This document shows, piece after piece, positions 8,616-18,525 of a DNA stretch of 64,000 bases (position 1 is its first letter; each line of letters opens with the position of its first letter). The position numbers and the translations under genes were made by a program. Below the pieces are notes generated by a model. That model ran no database searches. It saw only the letters and a program-made list of their open reading frames with translations, and had not been told where the DNA came from. The DNA is from an uncultured Gammaproteobacteria bacterium (GTDB lineage Bacteria; Patescibacteriota; Microgenomatia; 2-02-FULL-39-11), in contig CAZJBV010000002.1 of the NCBI GenBank assembly GCA_964544585.1, forward strand, positions 3,468 through 67,467. The letters run 5' to 3'.

Positions 8616-10848
8616 AAAAAATCCTCCCCTTATTTTATTCACTGTCATTGTGCTCTTTTTTTTCTACCCCCTTATTCTCCAAGGTAAAATTCCTATTCCG
8701 GCGGATACGATTGTCGGTATGTTCCATCCATTCAGAGATGTTATTTGGGATAATTTTACTACCGGAGTGCCTTTTAAAAACTTTCTCATTACAGACCCAG
8801 TCAGACAGCAGTATCCCTGGCGAAGTCTTTCTATGGAACTAATTAAAACGGGACAACTTCCTCTGTGGAATCCCTATTCTTTTTCCGGAACTCCGCTTCT
8901 TTCAAATTTCCAATCAGCCGTATTTTATCCCCTGAATATTCTTTTTTTTCTCCTCCCATTTCCCTTGGCGTGGGCAATATTAATTCTTCTTCAGCCTTTG
9001 CTCGCCGGATTTTTTCTCTATTTATATTTGCGCAATTTCAATGTATCAAAAACTGGCAGTATAATAGGAATGCTAGCATTTTCCTTTTCCGGCTTTTTTA
9101 TCGCCTGGCTTGAGTGGAATACGGTAATCCAGACCATTTTATGGTTGCCCCTTATTTTGCTCTCAATCGAAAGGATAACTTCACAGAATAGAAAATTTAT
9201 TTGGAGTTTGATTTTTATCTTTTCACTTTCTTCTTCATTCTTTGCCGGCCACCTCCAAGTATTCTTTTATTCTTTTTTGCTAATCCTGGCATATATTATC
9301 TCAAGAATTATTATCCTTAAAGCAGATAGATTCAAAATCTTTTTATCTTTTATCTTTTATCTTTTATCTTTTATCTTTTTAACCTCAATCCAATGGCTGC
9401 CGACTGTCCAATTCATATTACACTCAGCCCGCGAATTTGATCAGGGACTATATACAAAAGAAGGATGGTTTATTCCTTGGCAAAACCTGATTCAGTTTCT
9501 TGTGCCCGATTTTTTTGGCAACCCCTCAACCGGAAATTACTGGGGAGTCTGGAATTATGGCGAATTTATTGGCTACATCGGAATTCTACCGCTTATATTT
9601 TCCATTTACACTCTTGTCTTTATCAAAAGTAAAAAAGTTCTATTTTTCGGATGTTTTCTTTTTTTAGCCCTTTTATTTTCTCTCCCAAATTTTGTTAGTT
9701 TTATTCCCTACAAGTTGGGTCTTCCGGCAATTGCCACATCACAGCCAACGCGTTTACTTTCAATCACCGTATTTTGCCTGAGCATTTTGGCAGCCCTTGG
9801 ATTTGATCATCTTCTAAAAAACATTGCCAAAAAAGAATCGAAAAAGCAAATATTGACTATTTTAGGAGCCTTTTTCCTTACATTTCTCTTTTTATGGATA
9901 ATTATCTTTGCTAATCACCTTACTATAAGTCAAAGAAATCTTCTACTACCCACAGCGTTATTTATGCTTTCTTCGATAACTCTCTATATATTAACTGTTA
10001 AAACCAAAGTTCATCTCACCAGGTTTGCTATCTATTTGATTATATTTATTACTATAGTTGATCTCCTGCGCTTTGGCTGGAAATTTACCCCTTTTTCCGG
10101 AAGTTCATGGCTTTATCCCGACACCAAAATCCTTGACTATTTAAGGACAAATAGTCAAAACCATCGCTTCTTATCAATCGATCGTCGCATCATGCCCCCA
10201 AACTTTTCCATCATGTATAAATTACAAGACGTTTCCGGTTACGATCCCCTCTATCTTAAAAGATATGGAGAATTTATTTCTGCCTGGGAAAGAGGAAAAC
10301 CAGATATCTCTCCCGCCTCCTTCAATCGCATCATCACTCCCACCAATATCTCTTCTCCCATCACCAATCTTTTGGGCATAAAATATATCTTATCATTAGA
10401 CGAAAGAAAAGAGACTTTCTTAAAACTTGTCCAAAAAGAAGGGGAGACTCGAGTGTACGAAAACACACTTGTTTTTCCACGTGCATTCTTTGTTTCCAAA
10501 GTAATTTTTTCAAAGGACGATCAGGACGAGATTGAAAAAATATATGAGAATATCAACTCACTTGCAACAAAGGTAACGACGCAGGAGACGATCAATATTG
10601 ATTATGACCCGATTGGCAAAAACGAATCCGCATCAATAATTAAGTACGGGGAGAATCAAATAACACTCAAGACAAATTCCTCCAAAAAAAGACTTTTAAT
10701 TATCACCGATATATACTACCCTACGTGGAAAGCTTACATAGATGGTTCAGCAGAGAAAATTTATAAAGTCGATTACACCTTCAGAGGCATAGTTGTTCCT
10801 CCAGGAAAACATACAGTTATTTTAAAAGATAATCTTTTGCTACAATAG
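8590..10848 (+). CDS. YfhO-family membrane protein (GT-C-like)
   Basis: GQLPLWNPYSFSGTPL..N.Q..FYPL and C-terminal D.YYPTWKAYIDG...FRGIVVPPGKH. Confidence 0.85.
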   Translation: MKNLMHFFKKNPPLILFTVIVLFFFYPLILQGKIPIPADTIVGMFHPFRDVIWDNFTTGVPFKNFLITDPVRQQYPWRSLSMELIKTGQLPLWNPYSFSGTPLLSNFQSAVFYPLNILFFLLPFPLAWAILILLQPLLAGFFLYLYLRNFNVSKTGSIIGMLAFSFSGFFIAWLEWNTVIQTILWLPLILLSIERITSQNRKFIWSLIFIFSLSSSFFAGHLQVFFYSFLLILAYIISRIIILKADRFKIFLSFIFYLLSFIFLTSIQWLPTVQFILHSAREFDQGLYTKEGWFIPWQNLIQFLVPDFFGNPSTGNYWGVWNYGEFIGYIGILPLIFSIYTLVFIKSKKVLFFGCFLFLALLFSLPNFVSFIPYKLGLPAIATSQPTRLLSITVFCLSILAALGFDHLLKNIAKKESKKQILTILGAFFLTFLFLWIIIFANHLTISQRNLLLPTALFMLSSITLYILTVKTKVHLTRFAIYLIIFITIVDLLRFGWKFTPFSGSSWLYPDTKILDYLRTNSQNHRFLSIDRRIMPPNFSIMYKLQDVSGYDPLYLKRYGEFISAWERGKPDISPASFNRIITPTNISSPITNLLGIKYILSLDERKETFLKLVQKEGETRVYENTLVFPRAFFVSKVIFSKDDQDEIEKIYENINSLATKVTTQETINIDYDPIGKNESASIIKYGENQITLKTNSSKKRLLIITDIYYPTWKAYIDGSAEKIYKVDYTFRGIVVPPGKHTVILKDNLLLQ
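9341..9379 (+). repeat. (TTTTATC)5 heptamer tandem repeat inside CDS
   Basis: Five perfect units at 9341-9375, encoding LSFIFYLLSFIF. Confidence 0.95.
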
Positions 10849-10862
10849 AACTCATACAAAAT

Positions 10863-12530
10863 ATGACCGGAAAAGGACGCTGGTTTTTCATCGCAATTAT
10901 TATTCTTGCGGCAATTTTGCGCTTTTATAAACTAGGTGATATTCCTGTCGGACTTGAATGGGATGAAGTAGCTTTAGGCTACGACGCATACTCTATCTCC
11001 CAAACAGCAAAAGACCAGTTTGGTACATTTCTTCCCCTTACTTTTCGTTCTTTAGACGATTATAAACCTCCAATTTACATTTACGCTACGGTTCCCGGTG
11101 TAGCCCTTTTTGGCCTAAACGACTTTACCACCAGATTTCCCGCAGCCTTTTTCGGGACAGCCGCAGTCATTTCTACATTTTTTTTAGCCCAAGAACTTAC
11201 AAAATCTAAAAAAATTGCCCTTATAGCTTCTCTTTTCCTAAGTTTCTCCCCCTGGCATCTCCAGTTTAGTCGGGCTGCATTCGAAGTAAACATTTCAGAC
11301 GCGATTACCATTGCCGCGGTGGCCTGCTTTCTCATCGGCCTCAAAAAACCTAAAATATTCATTCTTGCGGCAATACTTTTTGGTCTAGACCTCTTTTCTT
11401 ATCATTCCACCCGCGTCGTTGCTCCAATTATTATGCTGACTTTATTTGTATTATTTAATAAAAGACTCCCCTCCAAAAAATATATCACGATCTTTTTTAT
11501 CGTCTTTGCAGCTTTCTTTTTGGCAGTACTTCCCATCCTCCGCTCAAAAGAGGCACAAATTAGATTTATTGCCACCAACATCTTTACTCCAGGAGCACGG
11601 TATCTGGACGATAAAGATTTGGAAAAAGTTTTCCTGGAAAAAAGGCTGGAAGATACCAAAGCAGGATTCGAAACAGCCGGAAAAATATTTCATAATCAAA
11701 GACTTAAATATCTTGACTACGATACTTTAAAAAAAGCGTTCAACAACTACATCTCAAATTTCGGCTTTGATTATCTTTTTATTAAAGGCGACGTCCCCCT
11801 TCACCACGCTCCCGGATTTGGCCTCTTATACATCGCCGAGCTTCCCTTTATTCTTATTGGTTTGGGGTACATACTTTTAAAAGCCCGTAGCCCATATACA
11901 CTCTTGATTCTTATCTGGATGCTAATCGTTCCACTTCCCAGTGCAGTCACCCGGCAGGCGCCCCACGCGGTCCGCACAGAGCTATTTTTACCCACCTACC
12001 AAATTCTTTCGGCTTTAGGACTTTTTGCTATTTATTCGCTTGCTAAAAAGCAATCTCTTTGGGTCTATTTAACAAGCTTAAGTGCAATTACTACAATCCT
12101 CTCTGTAAATCAATCATTTTATCTCCACCAGTATTATGTCCACACCAATTACGAGCTCTCAAAATACTGGATATATGGGAGAAGAGAGGCGGTCGAATTT
12201 ACCGAAAAAGAAAAAAATAATTATGAAAATGTCACCGTTTCGCTCAATGCAGATATGCCCTATATTTTCTGGCTATATTATTCAAAATATCCTCCCAAAG
12301 AATATCTTAAAAAAGGTGGCACCGTATCCGGTGGTTTTGCCGACCAAAGAAATTCCTTTGACAAATATCTATTCCGAAATTTTAATTATGAGGAAGAAAA
12401 AAAACTATCAAAAAAGCAACTTCTTATCGGTACTAAAAAAGATTTTCCACCCGATATAAATCCCCTAAAAATAATAAAGTACATCAATGGAGAAGAAGCT
12501 TTATTTATAGTAAAGACGGATGGGTCATAA
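10863..12530 (+). CDS. PMT/ArnT-like GT-C glycosyltransferase, array copy 1
   Basis: WDEVALGYDAYSI..T.KDQFG..LP..F.SLDDYKPP; SPWH..FSR..FE. Confidence 0.85.
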   Translation: MTGKGRWFFIAIIILAAILRFYKLGDIPVGLEWDEVALGYDAYSISQTAKDQFGTFLPLTFRSLDDYKPPIYIYATVPGVALFGLNDFTTRFPAAFFGTAAVISTFFLAQELTKSKKIALIASLFLSFSPWHLQFSRAAFEVNISDAITIAAVACFLIGLKKPKIFILAAILFGLDLFSYHSTRVVAPIIMLTLFVLFNKRLPSKKYITIFFIVFAAFFLAVLPILRSKEAQIRFIATNIFTPGARYLDDKDLEKVFLEKRLEDTKAGFETAGKIFHNQRLKYLDYDTLKKAFNNYISNFGFDYLFIKGDVPLHHAPGFGLLYIAELPFILIGLGYILLKARSPYTLLILIWMLIVPLPSAVTRQAPHAVRTELFLPTYQILSALGLFAIYSLAKKQSLWVYLTSLSAITTILSVNQSFYLHQYYVHTNYELSKYWIYGRREAVEFTEKEKNNYENVTVSLNADMPYIFWLYYSKYPPKEYLKKGGTVSGGFADQRNSFDKYLFRNFNYEEEKKLSKKQLLIGTKKDFPPDINPLKIIKYINGEEALFIVKTDGS

Positions 12531-14197
12531 TGGTTAAAAATATTATTTTGATCTTTATTCTTCTTCTTGCCCTCATTCTGCGAATATTTCGTGTCGATAC
12601 AAATCCTCCCGCTCTTTATTGGGACGAAGTAGCGATGGGTTACAATGCCTACTCAATTATCAAAACCGGGGCCGACGAATACGGACACAAACTACCCTTT
12701 TTCTTCGAATCATTTCAGGATTACAAACTTCCTGGATATATATATTCTCTGATTCCGGGAATCCTACTTTTTGGAGTAAGTCCATTAACGATCCGTCTTC
12801 CTTCTATTTTGTTTGGCTTCATTAGTATTATCGGAATTTATGTTCTTGGTAAAAATATTCTGGGAACAAGAGTTGGATTATTATCAGCGTTTATAGTAAG
12901 TATCATCCCCTGGCACATCCAATTGACTAGGGTAGGTTTTGAAGTCAGCGGTGGATTTGCCCTTCTCATTTTTGGCCTCCTTTTTCTCTGCCTCGGTAGA
13001 CAAAAAAAACTCCATCTTTATATTGGTGTCTTTTTGCTTATTCTCTCCCTATCTTTTTATAATGGCCTAAGAATCATCGTCCCCGTCGTTCTCATTTCCT
13101 ATTTGCTTTTTTTTAGCAGAAGTCTTCAACTATCAATAAAAGATTTACTCTGGGGGACGATCACGCTGATATTGCTAAGTCCAGTTATTTATCAATTTAT
13201 GAATCCTGATGCTCTCGTAAGATTTAGATATACCAGCATTTTTAGTGACCCGACACTTCTCGAAGAATCGATAAATAAAAAAGAATCCGTCAACAATTTT
13301 TTAGGTAAAGTATGGTACCACCGGTATAGGGTGTATGGAGAAAAAATTGCCAGGAATTATTTTGCCCACTTTTCTCCTGATTTTCTTTTATTTGATAGCG
13401 GAGAAAATGTTCGCCACAAAGTATCGGGGATTGGCCTTCTCTATCTTTGGACCGTGCCTTTTTTAATATTTGGACTTTATACTCTCATTCACCAAAGAAA
13501 TGAGTCTTTAAAACTGATTCTTCCTTTACTACTTGCCGCCCCAATTGCCTCTTCTTTTACCATTCCCTCTCCCCACGCTCTTCGTTCATTTCCACTTCTC
13601 ATTCCCCTTATTTTCATCATCGCCTTTGGAATAACGAGTCTCGTCAAGCACCTGAAAGGTGGCAGGAATGCCTACCTGCCGGCAGGCAGGGACTCCTTTC
13701 AGGTGATGGAATCTGCATTTATAATCCTCATATTGGTATTTGCTGCTACAAGTCTTTCCAGATATTTATTCGAATTTTATTTTTTCTATCCCAAACACAC
13801 TAGTAGAGATTGGGCATACGGCTATAAAGAAGTATTTGAAAAAGCAAAAAAATTTGAGGCAAGGGCAGACACCATATTTATATCTGGAAGATATTGGCGC
13901 CCATACATTTTTGCCTTATACTATCTCGACATTGACCCAAAAACATATCAAAAAAATCCCACTCATTCCCAAATTGGCAAGTTTATATTTGGACACGCCG
14001 ATTATGACGTGTCCGATCCGTTTTATGATTATAAAACTTATGATAATAATATAGTTCACAAGCTGCGCCAAAAAGGAGGAAATAACTATCTCTTCCTTTC
14101 TCCCCAAGAAACAAAAGCTGGGGATATAGTTATTGATAATATTCAGGATCTAAAAAGGGAGACGCTTTTCAACATTACCAAGAGCAGAAGTAAATAA
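12530..14197 (+). CDS. PMT/ArnT-like GT-C glycosyltransferase, array copy 2 (in-frame repeat insertion)
   Basis: WDEVAMGYNAYSIIKTGADEYG; contains KHLKGGRNAYLPAGRDSFQVME. Confidence 0.85.
   Translation: MVKNIILIFILLLALILRIFRVDTNPPALYWDEVAMGYNAYSIIKTGADEYGHKLPFFFESFQDYKLPGYIYSLIPGILLFGVSPLTIRLPSILFGFISIIGIYVLGKNILGTRVGLLSAFIVSIIPWHIQLTRVGFEVSGGFALLIFGLLFLCLGRQKKLHLYIGVFLLILSLSFYNGLRIIVPVVLISYLLFFSRSLQLSIKDLLWGTITLILLSPVIYQFMNPDALVRFRYTSIFSDPTLLEESINKKESVNNFLGKVWYHRYRVYGEKIARNYFAHFSPDFLLFDSGENVRHKVSGIGLLYLWTVPFLIFGLYTLIHQRNESLKLILPLLLAAPIASSFTIPSPHALRSFPLLIPLIFIIAFGITSLVKHLKGGRNAYLPAGRDSFQVMESAFIILILVFAATSLSRYLFEFYFFYPKHTSRDWAYGYKEVFEKAKKFEARADTIFISGRYWRPYIFALYYLDIDPKTYQKNPTHSQIGKFIFGHADYDVSDPFYDYKTYDNNIVHKLRQKGGNNYLFLSPQETKAGDIVIDNIQDLKRETLFNITKSRSK
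13646..13711 (+). repeat. Type-A stem-loop repeat with internal 20-bp palindrome, in frame
   Basis: 11-bp IR CACCTGAAAGG/CCTTTCAGGTG (13649-13705) enclosing CCTACCTGCCGGCAGGCAGG (13671-13690). Confidence 0.95.
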
Positions 14198-15108
14198 TGA
14201 AGAAATTCTTTATTTTAGTTCTTCTAAATGCTATTACAATCCATTTCTACAAACTAACTACCATATCACCTTTAAAGACTGGGTCAATCTTTTTTAGGTA
14301 TTTTTCCAGTCTTTCCTCAATATTTTCTATTTTTTTACTTTATAAAATTGTCTTTTATTACTCTAAAAATAAAAAAATAGCCTCTCTTTCTGCACTTATA
14401 TTTTCCCTACTTCCATGGACAATATGGGAAGGAAGAATAGCATCCGAAGTAAATATCTCTTTATCATTAATTCTTGCGATTTTATTTTTAGCATCAAAAA
14501 TACATGGAATAAAAAAGTTTTTTTTACTGGGGATAATACCTCTGATTATTTATTTTTTTTATCCTTCCTTTTGGCCATTTCGTCTGAGCACAAACTTAAG
14601 AGATTCTTCTCTTTCAGACTTTGTCAACAATATTTTCTTCCTTTCTTCCCTGGAAACATTATTTTTTAAAAATCCGACATTTTGGTGGGGAGGAGTTCGG
14701 CAGTGGGGGATAAGCCTTTCTGCTTTTATCCCATTTTTTTTCATCGGTTTTTTCACCACGATAGTTCAAAAAAATATTAAACTTATTTTTATTTTAATCG
14801 GAATTCTTCTACTTGCCTCTTTATCTCCTTTTCTTCCCGAAAGTAGAGAATTTTATTTTGCCACCCCAATAATAAGCTATTTCGTTTCAAAGGGTATGCT
14901 CACTGTATGTTATGCCTTAAAACACCTGAAAGGTGGCCGGAATGCCTGCCTGCCGGCAGGCAGGGACTCCTTTCAGGTGAAGGAATTTGCAATTGCTCTT
15001 TTCATTTTTTTATTTATTTATGAATACCAAAATTTTCTCCATTATTACATGGTCCATTTTCCCCAAAATGTGAAAGGACATCTCTATGATATCAAAGGAA
15101 ATTTCTAA
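14197..15108 (+). CDS. Shortened GT-C paralogue, array copy 3 (no DE loop; in-frame repeat insertion)
   Basis: Keeps LPW...GR...E and the TM pattern but lacks the DE..GYNAY loop and the C-terminal domain. Confidence 0.7.
   Translation: MKKFFILVLLNAITIHFYKLTTISPLKTGSIFFRYFSSLSSIFSIFLLYKIVFYYSKNKKIASLSALIFSLLPWTIWEGRIASEVNISLSLILAILFLASKIHGIKKFFLLGIIPLIIYFFYPSFWPFRLSTNLRDSSLSDFVNNIFFLSSLETLFFKNPTFWWGGVRQWGISLSAFIPFFFIGFFTTIVQKNIKLIFILIGILLLASLSPFLPESREFYFATPIISYFVSKGMLTVCYALKHLKGGRNACLPAGRDSFQVKEFAIALFIFLFIYEYQNFLHYYMVHFPQNVKGHLYDIKGNF
14920..14985 (+). repeat. Type-A stem-loop repeat with internal 20-bp palindrome, in frame
   Basis: 62/66 identical to 13646-13711; IR at 14923-14979; perfect palindrome at 14945-14964. 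Confidence 0.95.
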
Positions 15109-16732
15109 AAGAGAAATAATTTTATTAATTTTTATTCTTATTTTTTCTGCCATCGTCAGACTATACCGAATTGACACTATACCTCCATCTCTATATTCTG
15201 ACGAGGCAAGTCAAGGTTACAATGCCTATTCCATCCTAAAGACCGGCAAAGACGAACACGGAAATTTTCTCCCAGTTTCCCTTCGCTCATTTGGAGATTG
15301 GAAACCACCCCTGCCTACTTATCTCATGATTCCTGGTATTGCTCTATTTGGCCTAAACGAATTTTCAGTCCGAATACCCTCTGTTGTACTCGGAATTGGC
15401 AGCGTTTATATTGCCTATCTTCTCATCAAAGAATTAATTAAAGAAAAGGGCTCAGAAAAAATTGCCCTTTTGGGAGCATGGGCAATGAGCATCTCTCCCT
15501 GGCATATCCTCCAAAGTCGCGCAAGTATGCTGGTTATCGTCTCACTTTTTTTTGTCGAAGCAGGTATATTATTTTTTCTAAAAGTAAGCCAAAATCCCAA
15601 AAATCTAATTTTCTCATCCATAATGTTTGCCCTTTCTATTTATGCTTATTATGGCACAAGAATTGTTACGCCTCTTATTATTATTGTTTTTCTTTTTTAC
15701 TCGCGAAAATGGATTTTAGAAAATAAAAGAGTTTCACTAGCCGCATTCTTTATTGGAGTAATTATTTTATTTCCACTTTTAGTCTCTTTTATCGGAAATC
15801 AAAACGTTATTTTTGGCCGGGCCAAAACAGTCAGTGTTTTTTATGATCAAGGCGTAAAATTAAAACAATGGGAGCTGATTACTCAAGACGGAACACAACA
15901 AAATCCAAAAGTTACTCTTTATTTTCATAATGATACTTATCTATACGCCAAAGATATACTAGAGCGATATTTATCCCATTTTGACCCTAGATATCTCTTT
16001 TTTAAAGGAGATGGAGCCTATCCTTTCAAGATCCCCAATATGGGAATTTTATATTTCGTTGAAGGAATATTAATAATTATAGGAATTACATATTTATTTA
16101 ATAGAAAATTAGAGACAAGGTTTATAATTATATTTTTAATACTCATCTCAATCATTCCCGCTTCACTAACCTTTGCTACTCCGTCATCTAACAGAACATT
16201 TCATTTGCTATTCCCAGCTTCTATACTCATTGCTTTAGGTTTGTATAGAATTTCAACCTCGAAAATTATTGCTGCACTCAGCGTTCTAATATACATTACT
16301 AGCATCAACTATTTTTTTGTCCAGTATTTCCTCGTTCTCCCCAAAGATTATACTTTCGTGTGGAATTTCGGCTGGAAAGAGGTTTTTGCTGCCACCAGAA
16401 AATATGAAAAAGACTCTCAATATATATTAGTCTCTGACGTCAATGGCATGCCCTATATATATTATCTCTTTTACAACCAGTACGATCCTTTAAAGTTTCA
16501 AAAAAAAGTCGTCCGCACAAATATTGCAGATCGCTTCGGTTTTGAACACATTAACAGTATCGATAAATATATTTTCCTTCCCGAGTTCGACTGGAATAGC
16601 ATAAAAGATAGCCCCCTACCAAATAGCATATACATAGCTTCCCAAAAAGAAATAGAGAATAATGCGGGTATCACCGAAATAGTATATTATCCAAATGGAA
16701 AAGAGGTCTGGAAAATAGTCAAATCACCATGA
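15086..16732 (+). CDS. PMT/ArnT-like GT-C glycosyltransferase, array copy 4
   Basis: SDEASQGYNAYSILKTGKDEHG...SFGDWKPP. Confidence 0.85.
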   Translation: MISKEISKREIILLIFILIFSAIVRLYRIDTIPPSLYSDEASQGYNAYSILKTGKDEHGNFLPVSLRSFGDWKPPLPTYLMIPGIALFGLNEFSVRIPSVVLGIGSVYIAYLLIKELIKEKGSEKIALLGAWAMSISPWHILQSRASMLVIVSLFFVEAGILFFLKVSQNPKNLIFSSIMFALSIYAYYGTRIVTPLIIIVFLFYSRKWILENKRVSLAAFFIGVIILFPLLVSFIGNQNVIFGRAKTVSVFYDQGVKLKQWELITQDGTQQNPKVTLYFHNDTYLYAKDILERYLSHFDPRYLFFKGDGAYPFKIPNMGILYFVEGILIIIGITYLFNRKLETRFIIIFLILISIIPASLTFATPSSNRTFHLLFPASILIALGLYRISTSKIIAALSVLIYITSINYFFVQYFLVLPKDYTFVWNFGWKEVFAATRKYEKDSQYILVSDVNGMPYIYYLFYNQYDPLKFQKKVVRTNIADRFGFEHINSIDKYIFLPEFDWNSIKDSPLPNSIYIASQKEIENNAGITEIVYYPNGKEVWKIVKSP

Positions 16733-18525
16733 AGAGTGCCTGGATTAGATATATCATCATAACTATAATTCTTGCCGGCATATTAATCCGCTTTTTAAAT
16801 CTGCTCGAAGGCACCGGATTTAAATGGGATCAGGAAAATTTGGTTGCCTATCCTGCCAAAAATATTATTGCTACCCATCATCTACCCTTAATTGGAGCCA
16901 GAACCTCAATAGGCGATATACATATTGGCCCTCTCTATTCCTATCTTGCTGCTTTTTATTTTTATATTTTTAAACTCGATCCCATTGCCGCTGCATATCT
17001 TTCTACCTCGATAGGCGTAATCTCTGCTCTCACAGGATACATCCTCATCAAAATTTTGTTCGACGACGACACTGCCCTCTTTTTTACTCTTATTTTTGCA
17101 GTGTCCCCATTAATCGTCTTTTTTGATCGCATCCCTTGGAATGTAAATCTACTTTTACCTTCGTCGATATTAGTTCTTGTTGGATTACTATTCATCGGAT
17201 TAAAAAATAGATTATTTATAGGATTTACCCTCCTGGGCTTAGGAATTTTTTTGGGACTTCAGAGCCACTTTAGCATCATAATTATAGGAATAAGTGCACT
17301 ACTTTATCTCCTTTTAAAAAGAAAATTGTATAAAAAACCTTTTTTCCTCACCATTATGTTTATAGCCCTTGGACTCTTGCCTCTTATTATTTTTGACCTC
17401 AGACATGATGCCTATCTTCTTAAAAATATTCTTAAGTTGATGGATAAGAAAGATATATATGCCGGTCATAACCTGCTTAAAAATTTTTTTAGCACAATCT
17501 CTATATCATTTGAAACAGTAGGCAGGTTATTTATTTATGATGGTCCTTCATTCTTACAAAAAACTTTTGCTATTGGATTATTACTAATTTTTATTTTTGT
17601 TAAAAAGACAAAAGAAATGTCGGAAGTTGTCAAAATTATACTTATTTATCTTCTTGGCTTTTTCGGCATACTTGGATTATATAGCGGGCCAAAACCTGAT
17701 TATTATTTTTTTGGCTTATTGCCGCCATTTATATTACTGCTCTCACTCGGCGCCAAAGCTTTGAGCCAGAAAAATACGCCAATAACTTTATTATTAATAA
17801 CTTTTGCCGTCTCCTTATTGGTGCAATCATTTAACAATACAACGAAAAAACCCGGAGACAATCTTTCTGCCATGCAAAAAATTGTCAAAACGATAAAAAA
17901 GACCGCAAAAGAAAAGAAGGTATCAATCGTTTATGAAATGGATTATGGTAATCAATTTGGCTATGACTATCTTTTTGACTTCTATGGAGTAAAACGTCAA
18001 GAAAGAAAAGATGGGATCAATGAATATTGGATAAGTTTCCCTAAAAGTAGATCTCCATTTACTCCAGATTATACATTCGGGCAAATCGGCCTTCTTACCC
18101 CACTCCACACTCCCAAAATATATAATACAAAGAAGTTAACTTTATACAATGGGTTATTTTCCCTTAGAGTTCCTAAAAAGTGGTCTGTCCTGCAATGTCC
18201 TTATATAGACTTCGACACCTATATCATAACTCCAAACGAAGAATCATCATGTTCCTCCGCAAAAGTTGAAAAAGAAGGAATACACATTCTCAATATTCCT
18301 CACTGTAATATTAAGCTTGCTAAAAATAGAAAAAGTCTAAAAGTAAAATCGAAAGTAACTTTCTATCTCATCTCAGTCAACGAAAGGAATAGTGATGTCC
18401 CCATAAATGAAGCAGTCGTTGCCTCATTTGAAATAGATAGATGTATCATATTTATAGATCGTGCGGCAAAAGAAGTGCTTCCTCTAACAAATGATCTGGA
18501 AGATTTATTAAAATCATTAAAATGA
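16729..18525 (+). CDS. Divergent GT-C glycosyltransferase, array position 5
   Basis: WDQE...LPLIGARTS...GPLYSY; R.PWN.N; extra C-terminal soluble domain. Confidence 0.75.
   Translation: MKSAWIRYIIITIILAGILIRFLNLLEGTGFKWDQENLVAYPAKNIIATHHLPLIGARTSIGDIHIGPLYSYLAAFYFYIFKLDPIAAAYLSTSIGVISALTGYILIKILFDDDTALFFTLIFAVSPLIVFFDRIPWNVNLLLPSSILVLVGLLFIGLKNRLFIGFTLLGLGIFLGLQSHFSIIIIGISALLYLLLKRKLYKKPFFLTIMFIALGLLPLIIFDLRHDAYLLKNILKLMDKKDIYAGHNLLKNFFSTISISFETVGRLFIYDGPSFLQKTFAIGLLLIFIFVKKTKEMSEVVKIILIYLLGFFGILGLYSGPKPDYYFFGLLPPFILLLSLGAKALSQKNTPITLLLITFAVSLLVQSFNNTTKKPGDNLSAMQKIVKTIKKTAKEKKVSIVYEMDYGNQFGYDYLFDFYGVKRQERKDGINEYWISFPKSRSPFTPDYTFGQIGLLTPLHTPKIYNTKKLTLYNGLFSLRVPKKWSVLQCPYIDFDTYIITPNEESSCSSAKVEKEGIHILNIPHCNIKLAKNRKSLKVKSKVTFYLISVNERNSDVPINEAVVASFEIDRCIIFIDRAAKEVLPLTNDLEDLLKSLK

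Noticed and set aside
11951-11977. GC-rich CCGGCAGGC stretch resembling the palindrome core
   Set aside because: Encodes the TRQAPHAVR motif shared with paralogues (PHALR/PHAVR); no inverted repeat.
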